Shown: positions 21,083 through 30,387 of the stretch, one piece after another
Layout: each line of letters starts with the position of its first letter
Numbering within the stretch: position 1 is the first letter of the stretch
Source of the DNA: Candidatus Marinacidobacterales bacterium
GTDB taxonomy: Bacteria > Acidobacteriota > Vicinamibacteria > Marinacidobacterales > DATDRI01
Direction: 5' to 3'
Assembly (NCBI GenBank): GCA_965219415.1
Contig: CBDCNP010000002.1
Span: forward strand, 992,001 to 1,056,000
DNA: 64,000 bases
The notes under the pieces: model-generated
Told to the model about the DNA's origin: nothing
Database searches by the model: none
What the model saw: the letters and a program-made list of their open reading frames with translations, nothing else
Made by a program: the position numbers and the translations under genes

Positions 21083-21376
21083 GTGCTGATGACCGCTGTC
21101 TCGAGCGCCGGAGGACAGTGGCCGCGCTGGTCGCCGTCCGGAAACGAGCTCTTCTACATGGAGGGCACCACGATGATGGCGGTTCCCGTCACACTCGAGC
21201 CCTCGTTTCGCGTCAGCGAGAAACCCAAGGCTTTGTTCACCGGCAAATACACGACATGGTTCGACGTCTTCCCCGACGGCCAGCACTTCGCTATCCTCAC
21301 ATTTACCGAAGCCGACTTGCGGGAGCTTACGGTTGTGGTCAACTGGTCTACCGAGATCTCTCGACTGTTCTCCGAC
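21083..21376 (+). pseudogene. C-terminal remnant of a PD40-repeat protein (kinase-TolB type)
   Basis: GGQWPRWSPSGNELFY...FDVFPDGQHF...VVVNW; no N-terminus. Confidence 0.7.
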
Positions 21377-21589
21377 AAAAAAAGTGAATTTTTCCTTGAC
21401 AAGATTCTCTTAGCACTTTTTTCTTCGAGCCTGCCTGCTCTCTAAGTCACTCCACAAAGCTACCGCCGGTCTTCAGATCACTCTCTAGAAGCTTCGACAC
21501 GAAAAGTTCATCCAGACCACTTATGTGTCGACTCGTGTCGACTGAGGGTCGAAAAAAGTGCGTGGTTATATTAGGTGTGGGGGGACGAC

Positions 21590-22849
21590 ATGAATCACAC
21601 GTCGGAGATGGAGCAGTTGGAGAACGAGATCGCGGAATTGTCGGCACATATCCATGCCGCAAATTTTCGTTTAATGACGTTGATTCGCCGGTTCGACGAG
21701 GGCGAAGGGTGGAACGATGGCTTTCGCTCCTGCGCCCATTGGTTAGCCTACCGGACTGGTCACGGTCTCCACACCGCCCGCGAGATGGTCCGCGTGTCGC
21801 GGACACTCCCGAAGCTTCCGCTCGTCAGTGAAGCCATCGAAAAGGGTGAGCTCTCTTATTCGAAGGTCAGAGCGATTACGCGGGTCGCGACACCGGAGAA
21901 TGAAGACAAGCTGATGCAGGTTGCTCGGGGGGGGACCGCCTCGCACGTCGAGAGAATCGTTGGAGCTTGGCGTCGTGTTGACCTGCAATCGGAAAGAGAC
22001 GAAGCACAATGTTCAGCAGAAGAGCCGCTACCTGAGCGCCGACGCCGACGGGATGTGCGTCATCCGGGGACGACTCACACCGGAAGTAGGTGCAGTAATG
22101 ATGAAGGCTCCGGAGTCCGTTACCAAACTACCCCCCTCAGGCGCCCCAGGGGAGATGCCCACTCACGCACAACCTCGAGCCGATGCCATGGGCTTGATTG
22201 CGGAGCGAGCGCTGCAGAAGGGTCTGGAGGAAGGAGGTTCGACGAGCGACCGCTACCAAGTCGTGGTGCACGTGGATTCCCAGGTCCTCGAGGACGGAGA
22301 ACAGTCCGGTCAGTCGGTGCTGGAGGAGGGTCCACGCGTCCCCGCGGGGACGTCCCAGCGGATCGCGTGCGATTCAAGCAAGGTGGTCATGCAGCATGGG
22401 ACCGACGGCTCTGTATTGAGTGTAGGCCGGAAAACCCGCACGGTGCCCCCGTCTCTTAGACGAGCCTTGACCCATAGAGACCGTGTCTGCCGATTCCAGG
22501 GTGCGAATCGAAGTTCTGCGATGCCCATCATATAGAGCACTGGGCTAACGGCGGCGAGACCAAGCTCACGAACCTGATTCTCCTTTGCCGGCGTCACCAT
22601 CGCGCTCTTCACGAGGATGGATACGCCGTGAAGTTCCTACCCGACGGCGAGCCGCAGTTCTATTCGCCGTTCGGAGTGAAGCTGCCGAACGTGCCAGAGC
22701 CGCCTGAGCTCCCCAATGACCCTGTGTCGGCGCTGATCGATCGTCATCGTGAAGAAGGGCTGGCGATCGGTGCCCAGACCACCCGTCCTAACTGGGATGG
22801 AGAGCCCGTCGACGTAGGCTATGTGGTGGATGTGCTGCGATCTCCATAA
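21590..22849 (+). pseudogene. DUF222 + HNH endonuclease (13E12-repeat-like), two frameshifts
   Basis: FRSCAHWL, GELSYSKVRA, RIACD, HRDRVCRF; restored C-terminus CDAHHIEHWANGGETKLTNLILLCRRHH; shifts near 22010 and 22496. Confidence 0.88.
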
Positions 22850-22905
22850 TATAAGGAATCCGCCACCCATCGGAACGGGGGTCGGATCCAATTATGTGCA
22901 TTTTG

Positions 22906-23436
22906 TTACTTTTGGTTACGTTGGCGATGCACGGATTGGGCGAAGAACATCGTTTCCGTTACCTGGATATCCTGCGCCGGGTGGTGGGCGGTCACGCTCT
23001 CGAGCGTCTCGCCGGTGTCAGGGTCCTCGAACACAATCGTCCACTCGCCCGGATGTGCATTGAAAATGCATTCCGGAAACAAGACGTGGTGGTGCCAGTG
23101 CCTACCTCGTCCGGACAAGGTTTTGGCCCGGCGCATCATCTCCGCGACCTTGGGGGAGGCATCGCTGTCGGGGTCCGGATCCTCTTGCACGGCATCCTCG
23201 CCGTGCGCGAGCGTCGCCAAAGATCGCGCCGTCTCCATCATCGGCTCCTCGGAATAGCTCGCGAAGACCTCGGCCCTGTCAGACGCCTCGAGAATCAACC
23301 CACACAGCGGACGATCGTTGAGCCGGCAGTCGGAGGAAAGAACGTGGGGGTGCCACTTCTCACCGGAGGCGGTAAGCTCGGTGCCGAGTTCTAGCAGTCG
23401 GTCTTGAGTGACTTCGGTTATGGGATGACGTGCCAT
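22906..23436 (-). CDS. Hypothetical protein with duplicated WHxHVLxxxCxxN motif
   Basis: WHPHVLSSDCRLN and WHHHVLFPECIFN; overlaps the M24 gene end. Confidence 0.75.
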   Translation of the reverse strand: MARHPITEVTQDRLLELGTELTASGEKWHPHVLSSDCRLNDRPLCGLILEASDRAEVFASYSEEPMMETARSLATLAHGEDAVQEDPDPDSDASPKVAEMMRRAKTLSGRGRHWHHHVLFPECIFNAHPGEWTIVFEDPDTGETLESVTAHHPAQDIQVTETMFFAQSVHRQRNQK

Positions 23437-24770
23437 TCGGGTGCTCGGTTCAGGTAGTCGAAGCCGTCCTCCGTGAAGGCTACGATTTGCCCGTGACCGA
23501 GCTCCAGGCCCCGATCTCCCCAGCCCTCGATGACCACGTCGATGTGCGGCTCGAAGGCGTACAGCGTGTTGTAGTGCAGCTTGTGATCGTTGGTGACGAT
23601 TGAGGTCGGCGCGTAGCCCGGCCCCGAGGTCATGCCGACCACCGCCGTCTTCGTCGAGAGCATCCAGCCATCGCGATGGAAACGCAATAAGTATTTCGGC
23701 GGTGGGTGAAAATCGTTGGTAGGTGGGCCGGCCATGTTATCCGGGAACGTGAGCGCTTCCGATGCAGCCACGATCTCCTTGCCGGTACGCCCGACCTTGA
23801 ACTCGGCGGCGAGCTGATCCTGGATCGCGTTGGCCGTATGAAGCGCGTCCACGAGCTCCGCGGGGACCTCGGCCTCCCCTTCTCGTAACACGTACGCGTA
23901 TTGGTGCGTGTCGGTCACCAGACCGTACATGAAGACGTCGGTATCGATGCGCAGCACGTCGCCGCGCCGGATCACGACGTCGATATCGTTGCGGGTCCGG
24001 GCCCCGACCACGTGCTCTTTCGGATCGTCGTACTTGGCGATGTCCTCGAGACTTCTCTGGATGGAGATGCTCGGGTGGTTCTCGTGCTCGATGCCGAGAT
24101 CGAGCATCTTCTGCCGAAACCACCAATTGAGGTCGTCGGTTGAGGTCTCGTCGGGGACGACACTGGCGAAGCCCTCGGCAATGATTTCATTGGCGAGCCC
24201 GACGACCTCGCGAAAACGCTCGATCATCTCGGGGCTGACGGTTTCAACCCAGCGCACGCCGAGGGTCCATGAGTCGACGGTACGATCCGCGTACTTCCCT
24301 AGCGCCGCCAGCATCTCCTTGTTGTTGAACTGACTGATGGCGATCTTTTTCGGATCGCGCTCGGCTACTAACTCGTCGATATGCGCGTAGTCGCGCGGCT
24401 CGACGTACTCGATCTCCTCGCCGTTGTCGTAAAAGAGTAAGAACGCCGGCTTCGCCCCCCCGTGCTCGCTATCGAAGATCATACCGCGGAGGTCGGCGGA
24501 CACGAGCGTCGAGTACACCGGCCCTTCGTTGTTGTAGTACTTGTCGGCCTCGTTGTCACGAATGATCCAGAGATCGACCCCTTGCTCCCGCATCACCATG
24601 GGAAGCACGTTCTCCGTCTTCCACTGCCTCCATCCTTCGGCCAACGCGACTCGCTCGCGAAGAGGCAGTAGCTTCGGTCCGGCCGAGTCTTCCCGTGACG
24701 TGTTTTCCGGAACGGCACAACCCACGGCCGCAACGGCGGATAAAAGTATCGTGCAAAGCGTATTTCGCAT
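23418..24770 (-). CDS. M24-family (Xaa-Pro aminopeptidase-like) lipoprotein
   Basis: Lipobox AVGC; RRGDVLRIDTD..TDTH..AYVLREGE; H in FHPP; E in AFEPH. Confidence 0.8.
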   Translation of the reverse strand: MRNTLCTILLSAVAAVGCAVPENTSREDSAGPKLLPLRERVALAEGWRQWKTENVLPMVMREQGVDLWIIRDNEADKYYNNEGPVYSTLVSADLRGMIFDSEHGGAKPAFLLFYDNGEEIEYVEPRDYAHIDELVAERDPKKIAISQFNNKEMLAALGKYADRTVDSWTLGVRWVETVSPEMIERFREVVGLANEIIAEGFASVVPDETSTDDLNWWFRQKMLDLGIEHENHPSISIQRSLEDIAKYDDPKEHVVGARTRNDIDVVIRRGDVLRIDTDVFMYGLVTDTHQYAYVLREGEAEVPAELVDALHTANAIQDQLAAEFKVGRTGKEIVAASEALTFPDNMAGPPTNDFHPPPKYLLRFHRDGWMLSTKTAVVGMTSGPGYAPTSIVTNDHKLHYNTLYAFEPHIDVVIEGWGDRGLELGHGQIVAFTEDGFDYLNRAPEWHVIP

Positions 24771-24782
24771 GGGCCAGCCTCC

Positions 24783-26711
24783 TCAGTTTCCGAGAACGAT
24801 GGAAGCGCGGTCACGCCCGGCCTGCGCGGCGCGTACCTCGACGGTAATCTCGGTGCCCGAGTCGGCTCGAACGAGCCACTCGACGGTTTTCGTCGATTCG
24901 TCGGCGCCGGCGCCCCAGCGCCACAGATAGGAATGCTTCCCGAGGATGTGTCCGGCGTTCTGCAGCGGCTCGCCGCCCACGACTTCGCCGTCCTCCACCT
25001 CGACGCGGGCCAGAATCGGGTTGTCGCGGCGAATCTCCAATGCTTTGCGACTCACGTAGGTCGCCAAGTACCCCTGATTCTGCAGCGTCGCGACGACGCG
25101 GTACTCGCCATCGGCAACCGTTTCCGCGGTCAGCTTCGCGATCTTCAGGATCGGCGCCAGATCGGCGATGTATAGCAGGAAGCGGTAGTGAAGGTCGGCC
25201 TCCGCGAGCATACGTTCATCGAGGGCCGGCGGCATGCCTCGCCACCCACCGATCTCCACCGCGCCGAGGGTGGGGTGATCAAAGCTCGTCCACTGGGGCC
25301 AGAGCTCGCCAGCCTTTTCTTCGTCGTTCCAGCGCAGAATCTCGTACATGTTCACGTAGCGATCGCCGTCGTAGTCCTTGCCGACCGCCATTCCCTCGGG
25401 CATCAGCGCATGCAGGCCGCGGCTGATGTAGGCCCAGTCGACCTCGCAACCATGCTGGACGAGGGTGTAGGCCCCGGCCGCGATTTCTTGGCTGTAGTAG
25501 TTGTTCTCGATGATGTTGCCGCCGCCCAGAGCCGACCAGACCGCACCGATGCGAGTGTAGAACTCGTTGTCTTCCGGCGCCATCCAGTCGTACGGATGAT
25601 GTAGTCCGGGGCGTGCGGTGTAGTTGCGCGCCGTCTGGTCGGCGTGCTGGTTGTACTGGAAGAAGATGTTCTTGTGCGACGTAATGAACTTCGCCGCGGC
25701 GCGCGTCTCCAGCAGCGAGAACGGAAACGGTCCTCCTCCGGGTTCGTCCGGCCGCCACTCGGCGCTCCAATCGCGGTTGAAGTCAGAGTGCGGCGGGTCG
25801 AGCCCGACGTTCCTCTCGAAGCCATCCACGGTGAGGTTGAGGTCGTCACGCCGGTGCAGCGGATCCGACCCCTCGGTGTAGATGGTGTAGCGCTCGTTGG
25901 CGGGAACCGCATGCTCGATGTCCGGAAGGCCCTCGCCGGTGGGCTTCCATCGCGACGACGCCCCGACCGTGGTCGAACCGACCACTTGCTGACCCGACGA
26001 ACGGAAGAACTTCTCTTCGTCGTAAACGGTTGGAACGTAGTTCCAGCGGCCGTCGTCGCGGGCGCGCAACCGCAGCATGACGCGGTCGTCGCGCGGGCTC
26101 GCGTACCACATGCCCTCGGGATCCTTGACCCGCATGCTGCTGATGTATCCGTCCCCGTTCAGGTCGCTCCCGACGTGTTGGCCGGGAACATGCTCGGGCC
26201 AAGCGGGATGCCGCGTCAGCGCACGTTCGCCTCCGTCGGCATCGAACATCGGCACCACGTAGAAAACTCTCGAATCGATCAACCAAGTGACGACCGCGTC
26301 GCGCCCGTGGCCGGCCAGCAAACGCTCCAGAAAGTACATGGACCGCACGCGCGTATTGAGCTCGTGGGCGTGCAGATTGCCGTCGATCCATAGCCCTGGC
26401 TTTGTCTCGCCCGGTCCGGTGACCGAGTTGGTGACTTCCATCAGCCACATGTCACGGCCCGCCGCGGTTTTCCCGATGCTGTGCAGCGTGGTCAACTTCG
26501 GATACTCGCGCGCCAGTTCCTGGAGTCGCTTCGTAACCTCGACGTAGAGCGGGTACGGCCAACGACCGAAGTCGTAGTTGATATCGGACAGCTCGCCGTC
26601 GATCGCATCGAGGGCGCCCTGCCCGCCCGCCATGGGTGCCAGGAACGAGAACACCAGCATCGCCATCACGACCGAACGCGCCATGACCCCAACGGCTCTC
26701 ATCGCCCTCAT
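24783..26711 (-). CDS. Secreted M14 zinc carboxypeptidase, paralog 3
   Basis: GNLHAHE, DFNRDW, QH, HPTLGAVEIGG; ATGA overlap with the upstream gene. Confidence 0.88.
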   Translation of the reverse strand: MRAMRAVGVMARSVVMAMLVFSFLAPMAGGQGALDAIDGELSDINYDFGRWPYPLYVEVTKRLQELAREYPKLTTLHSIGKTAAGRDMWLMEVTNSVTGPGETKPGLWIDGNLHAHELNTRVRSMYFLERLLAGHGRDAVVTWLIDSRVFYVVPMFDADGGERALTRHPAWPEHVPGQHVGSDLNGDGYISSMRVKDPEGMWYASPRDDRVMLRLRARDDGRWNYVPTVYDEEKFFRSSGQQVVGSTTVGASSRWKPTGEGLPDIEHAVPANERYTIYTEGSDPLHRRDDLNLTVDGFERNVGLDPPHSDFNRDWSAEWRPDEPGGGPFPFSLLETRAAAKFITSHKNIFFQYNQHADQTARNYTARPGLHHPYDWMAPEDNEFYTRIGAVWSALGGGNIIENNYYSQEIAAGAYTLVQHGCEVDWAYISRGLHALMPEGMAVGKDYDGDRYVNMYEILRWNDEEKAGELWPQWTSFDHPTLGAVEIGGWRGMPPALDERMLAEADLHYRFLLYIADLAPILKIAKLTAETVADGEYRVVATLQNQGYLATYVSRKALEIRRDNPILARVEVEDGEVVGGEPLQNAGHILGKHSYLWRWGAGADESTKTVEWLVRADSGTEITVEVRAAQAGRDRASIVLGN

Positions 26712-28495
26712 TGGACGCTCAGCTCCTTGGTGTCGCTCCCGGCCTTGGCGGCCGAGGCTTTGACCGTCACGTTTACCGGCCCCGATCCTGTCGGTCGCAC
26801 CGTCCAGACGACCGTCTCGGACGGCACGTCCTCTCCCCCATCGGCCCATTGCCGGATGTACGCGAACTTTCCCAACAGGTGTCCGACTTCCTGGCGTGCC
26901 TCCCCGTCGACCAACTCACCGCCCGCGATCGAAAGCTCGACGAGGGCCGGGAAGTCGCGACGTCGTACCGAAAGAGCGGCGCCCGGCCCTGCATCTATGG
27001 TGGAGCCGCCGATTTCGAGCGCCCGGCGCGTCACGTATGTCGACAACCAACCGTCGTTGCGGACGGTGGCGGAGACCCGATAGGTCCCGTCGTCGCCCGG
27101 CTCAGAGCTCACTTCCACCCTAAGCTCAGGAGCGAGGCTCGCCGCGTACATGAGGAACTTGAAGTTGTTGTCGTTCCGCCGCTCCATAATGTCGCCGATG
27201 GAAGGTGGCAACATTCCCTGCGTCCCGACCATCCCGCCGCCGATCTCGACGCGCCCGAGAACCGGATGATCGTAGGGCTCCCACGGCCGGGCATATCGAC
27301 CGCCCATCTCTTCCTGGTGCCAGCGCTCGCGCTCGTCGGGCAACACTTCACTGTTGCCATCGTAGTCGCGACCCGAGCCGCCCACCTCAGCGCCGAAGCC
27401 GAAGATGCCGAGATGCAGGTAGGCCCAGTCGGGAGGCAAGCCACCGATCGTCGCGCCGGTACCGTTGGGGGTGTAGAAGTCGCTGTAGGTTTGATCTCCT
27501 GGGCTGAGGTACGCCCACGCCTGGGCCAAGCGAACGTAGAAATCGTTGTCCTCATGATGCATCGCTTGGTATGGCCCGTTGCTCAAGGGGCGGATCATCC
27601 ACTCGCGACCGACGTTGGCTGCGTGAACGTCGTGCATAAAGAAGATGTTGTTACGGAAGGTTATCTCCTTGGCCACCCCGTAGATCTCCGGAAGCGAGAA
27701 CGGGAACTCGCCGGCGCCGGGATCCTCAGAGACCCACTCCGCGGCGAAGTTCCGGTTGTAGTCCGGTTCCTCGCGACGCCCGGTCCAATGGCGGTCGCGA
27801 TCCTTGATCTGCCAGTGTGTCTCCGATTGCTGTCGCCAAACGTATCCGAGCGGGTCTCGGTGTTCGGGCGAATCGGGCAGCGTCCCCTCGGTGATGGTCC
27901 GATACTCCTCGTCGTCTGGGTTTTCCTTCCAACGCATCGATGTGATGAAACCGTCGCCGTTCAGATCACGGCCTGGATGATCCTCCGGGTTGTGCCCCGG
28001 CCAAGAGGGCTGGGAGGTCAGGGAGATTCGGTGGCCGTCAGAGTTGAGGTTCGGAACGACGTAGAAGGTTCGTGTATCGATGAGCCGGGTCACGACCGGG
28101 TCGGTACCGTACATTGCGAGTGCGCGTTCGATGAAATAGCGCATGTAAGGCGGACCCGGCAGCTCGTCCGGGTGAACGCCCGCCTCGAGCCACAATCCGG
28201 GTTTCGATTCGCCGGGGCCGGTTTCCCGATTCGTGATCTCGATCATCCACATCTCGGCGCCCTGCCGGCTGTCGGCGAAACGCCACGAGCGAGCGATGTT
28301 CGGGTACTTCCGTGCGAGCTCTTGAAGGCGAGCGTTGGTTTCTTCCTGGAGCTCGTAGGGCCAGCGGTCGAAGTCGAATTGATCCTTGGTCGGATGGAAA
28401 TCGACGAAGGTTTCGAACGCCTGGCCGGAAACAAACCCCGGCAATAGTAGAAACACTAGGCCGACCAGAAACTGAGTCCCGGACCTACTGGTCAA
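26708..28495 (-). CDS. Secreted M14 zinc carboxypeptidase, paralog 2
   Basis: AGVHPDE, DYNRNF, DVH, HPVLGRVEIGG. Confidence 0.88.
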   Translation of the reverse strand: MTSRSGTQFLVGLVFLLLPGFVSGQAFETFVDFHPTKDQFDFDRWPYELQEETNARLQELARKYPNIARSWRFADSRQGAEMWMIEITNRETGPGESKPGLWLEAGVHPDELPGPPYMRYFIERALAMYGTDPVVTRLIDTRTFYVVPNLNSDGHRISLTSQPSWPGHNPEDHPGRDLNGDGFITSMRWKENPDDEEYRTITEGTLPDSPEHRDPLGYVWRQQSETHWQIKDRDRHWTGRREEPDYNRNFAAEWVSEDPGAGEFPFSLPEIYGVAKEITFRNNIFFMHDVHAANVGREWMIRPLSNGPYQAMHHEDNDFYVRLAQAWAYLSPGDQTYSDFYTPNGTGATIGGLPPDWAYLHLGIFGFGAEVGGSGRDYDGNSEVLPDERERWHQEEMGGRYARPWEPYDHPVLGRVEIGGGMVGTQGMLPPSIGDIMERRNDNNFKFLMYAASLAPELRVEVSSEPGDDGTYRVSATVRNDGWLSTYVTRRALEIGGSTIDAGPGAALSVRRRDFPALVELSIAGGELVDGEARQEVGHLLGKFAYIRQWADGGEDVPSETVVWTVRPTGSGPVNVTVKASAAKAGSDTKELSVQ

Positions 28496-30179
28496 GACTC
28501 ACCTCCGCTCGATGAGCACCGCCCTTGGGGCTCGAGGCCAAGACGGTCACGCGCGCCGCTCCGGCATCGCTACTTCGAACCACCCATTCCACCGTTTCGA
28601 CCGGCGGAGTCTGTTGAAAACCGCCGGTAATAAACCCTTCGACGTGACCAATGTTCCTTACCGAATCCCCCTCCACGATTTCGCCACCGGTTACCTCGAC
28701 ATTGACCACAACGGGCGTGTCCCGTCGGATCTCGATGGCCCGTCGAGTGACGTAGGTCGACAACCCCCCTTGGTTCTGGATGCTAGCGGTAACCCGGTAC
28801 CTGCCGTTGCCCAGAGGCTCGGTGTCGATGGCGATCACACGCACGAGTGGCGAGAGGCCCGCGATGTAGAGAAGATAGTCGTATTGGATCTCGCTGTGCT
28901 CCTGCAGGGTCTCGTCGAGGGCCGGTGGCATTCCTCGCGATCCGCCGATCTCGACGCGGCCAAGCGTCGGATGATCGTAGGGGGTCCAAGGCGAATCGAA
29001 CATTCCTCCCTTTTCCTCGCGATGCCATCGCTCTTCTTCCTGCGGACGGATCCAGCCGTCGCCGTTGTAGTCCCAGCCCGAGCCGTTGACCTCCGGCGTC
29101 AGGCTATGCAGGCCCGCATCCATGTAGGCCCAATCGTCGGCGAAACCGGCCATGTACGAGCCGTAGCCGCGCTGCTCGCCTTTATCGTTCAGCTCGCTGG
29201 TGTTGAACAGAAAGCTGTAGTAGTTGTTCTCGATGAGGCCACCCTTGCTGAGCGCTCCCCAAACCGCCCCGATCCGTTCGTAGAAGTTATTGTCTTCGCC
29301 GTGCATCTCATCGTACGGCTGTCCCATCGGCGGTCGGACCATGTAGCTGCGCGCCCCGCCACCTGAATGAATCGTGTACGTGAAGAAAATGTTGCCGTGA
29401 TCGAGGATGAAGTCGGCCACCGCAGCCACCTCGGGCAAGGAAAAGGGACGCGAGCCGGCCCCTGGCTCGTCGGCGCTCCACTCCGCGGACCAATTGCCAT
29501 TGAAGTCGCCTCCCTCGCGTTCGCCGGTGAGCTCGTTCCGTCGCCGGCGCTGTAGAAACGAAGGCCCGGCGCGCGGGTCGAGTGCGGCAAGCGATTCCTT
29601 GTAGTACCCGTACCCACCCTCGCCATCGGTAACACGCATTTGGGTGATATAGCCGTCGCCGTCGAGATCGTCCCCGACTTGCTCGTCGGCATCATAGCCT
29701 GGCCAGGATGGATGCCGGCTCAGCAGCAAGTCGCCGCCGTCGACGTCGAAGGCGGGCATCACGTAGAACGTGCGCGTGTCAAGCATTCGGGTCGTCCGCT
29801 CGTCCTTGCCGTAGCTATAGAGCAGACGCGCCACGAAGTACCGAAGGTAAGGCCGCCCGGTCAGCTCCCAGGCATGGATGTTCCCATCCATCCAAAGCCC
29901 CGGCTTGCCCTCGCCAGGACCGGTGGCGAAGTTGGTGAGCTCGATGACCCAAAGAGGTCTGCCTCGGCGGCTCTCGCCGATCTGGTGGACCCGCGCCAAT
30001 CCGGGATACTGGTCAGCGAGGTCACGCAACTCCTCGCCTATCTCGTCATTTAGCGGGTAGGGCCAACGGTCGTAGTCGAAGGAAAAACCGGAGGGGGCTG
30101 AGCGGCGCACGTCTTGCCCAGCTGCCAACGATGTCCAGAGCAGTGCCAGAGCTAATGCAACAGGCAAGCCGTCCCGCAT
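28485..30179 (-). CDS. Secreted M14 zinc carboxypeptidase, paralog 1
   Basis: GNIHAWE, DFNGNW, TIHSGG, HPTLGRVEIGG. Confidence 0.88.
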   Translation of the reverse strand: MRDGLPVALALALLWTSLAAGQDVRRSAPSGFSFDYDRWPYPLNDEIGEELRDLADQYPGLARVHQIGESRRGRPLWVIELTNFATGPGEGKPGLWMDGNIHAWELTGRPYLRYFVARLLYSYGKDERTTRMLDTRTFYVMPAFDVDGGDLLLSRHPSWPGYDADEQVGDDLDGDGYITQMRVTDGEGGYGYYKESLAALDPRAGPSFLQRRRRNELTGEREGGDFNGNWSAEWSADEPGAGSRPFSLPEVAAVADFILDHGNIFFTYTIHSGGGARSYMVRPPMGQPYDEMHGEDNNFYERIGAVWGALSKGGLIENNYYSFLFNTSELNDKGEQRGYGSYMAGFADDWAYMDAGLHSLTPEVNGSGWDYNGDGWIRPQEEERWHREEKGGMFDSPWTPYDHPTLGRVEIGGSRGMPPALDETLQEHSEIQYDYLLYIAGLSPLVRVIAIDTEPLGNGRYRVTASIQNQGGLSTYVTRRAIEIRRDTPVVVNVEVTGGEIVEGDSVRNIGHVEGFITGGFQQTPPVETVEWVVRSSDAGAARVTVLASSPKGGAHRAEVSLDQ

Positions 30180-30197
30180 AGCACCACCCCGGTGGCC

Positions 30198-30231
30198 GCG
30201 GCACGGGAGTCTATGCGGCACGGGAGTCTAT
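30198..30231. repeat. Perfect 17-bp tandem duplication
   Basis: GCGGCACGGGAGTCTAT x2, just upstream of the M14 operon start. Confidence 0.9.
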
Positions 30232-30387
30232 AAGGAATGAGAGTCACGCATCGGCCCCGGCCACGAACTTGCGCATTGTACACACTTCGAGATTCCTGTC
30301 CAGTGAAATCGTCGCCTCGTCCCGGCAGCATACAAGTGGCAGGCTCTTGCTTAGTATTGTCCAGGCGTTATAGAGTCTTTCGCGCTC

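Noticed and set aside
26711-28447. 578-aa plus-strand ORF (also 40616-41836 and similar)
   Set aside because: Antisense shadows of well-supported genes, common in high-GC DNA; no motifs
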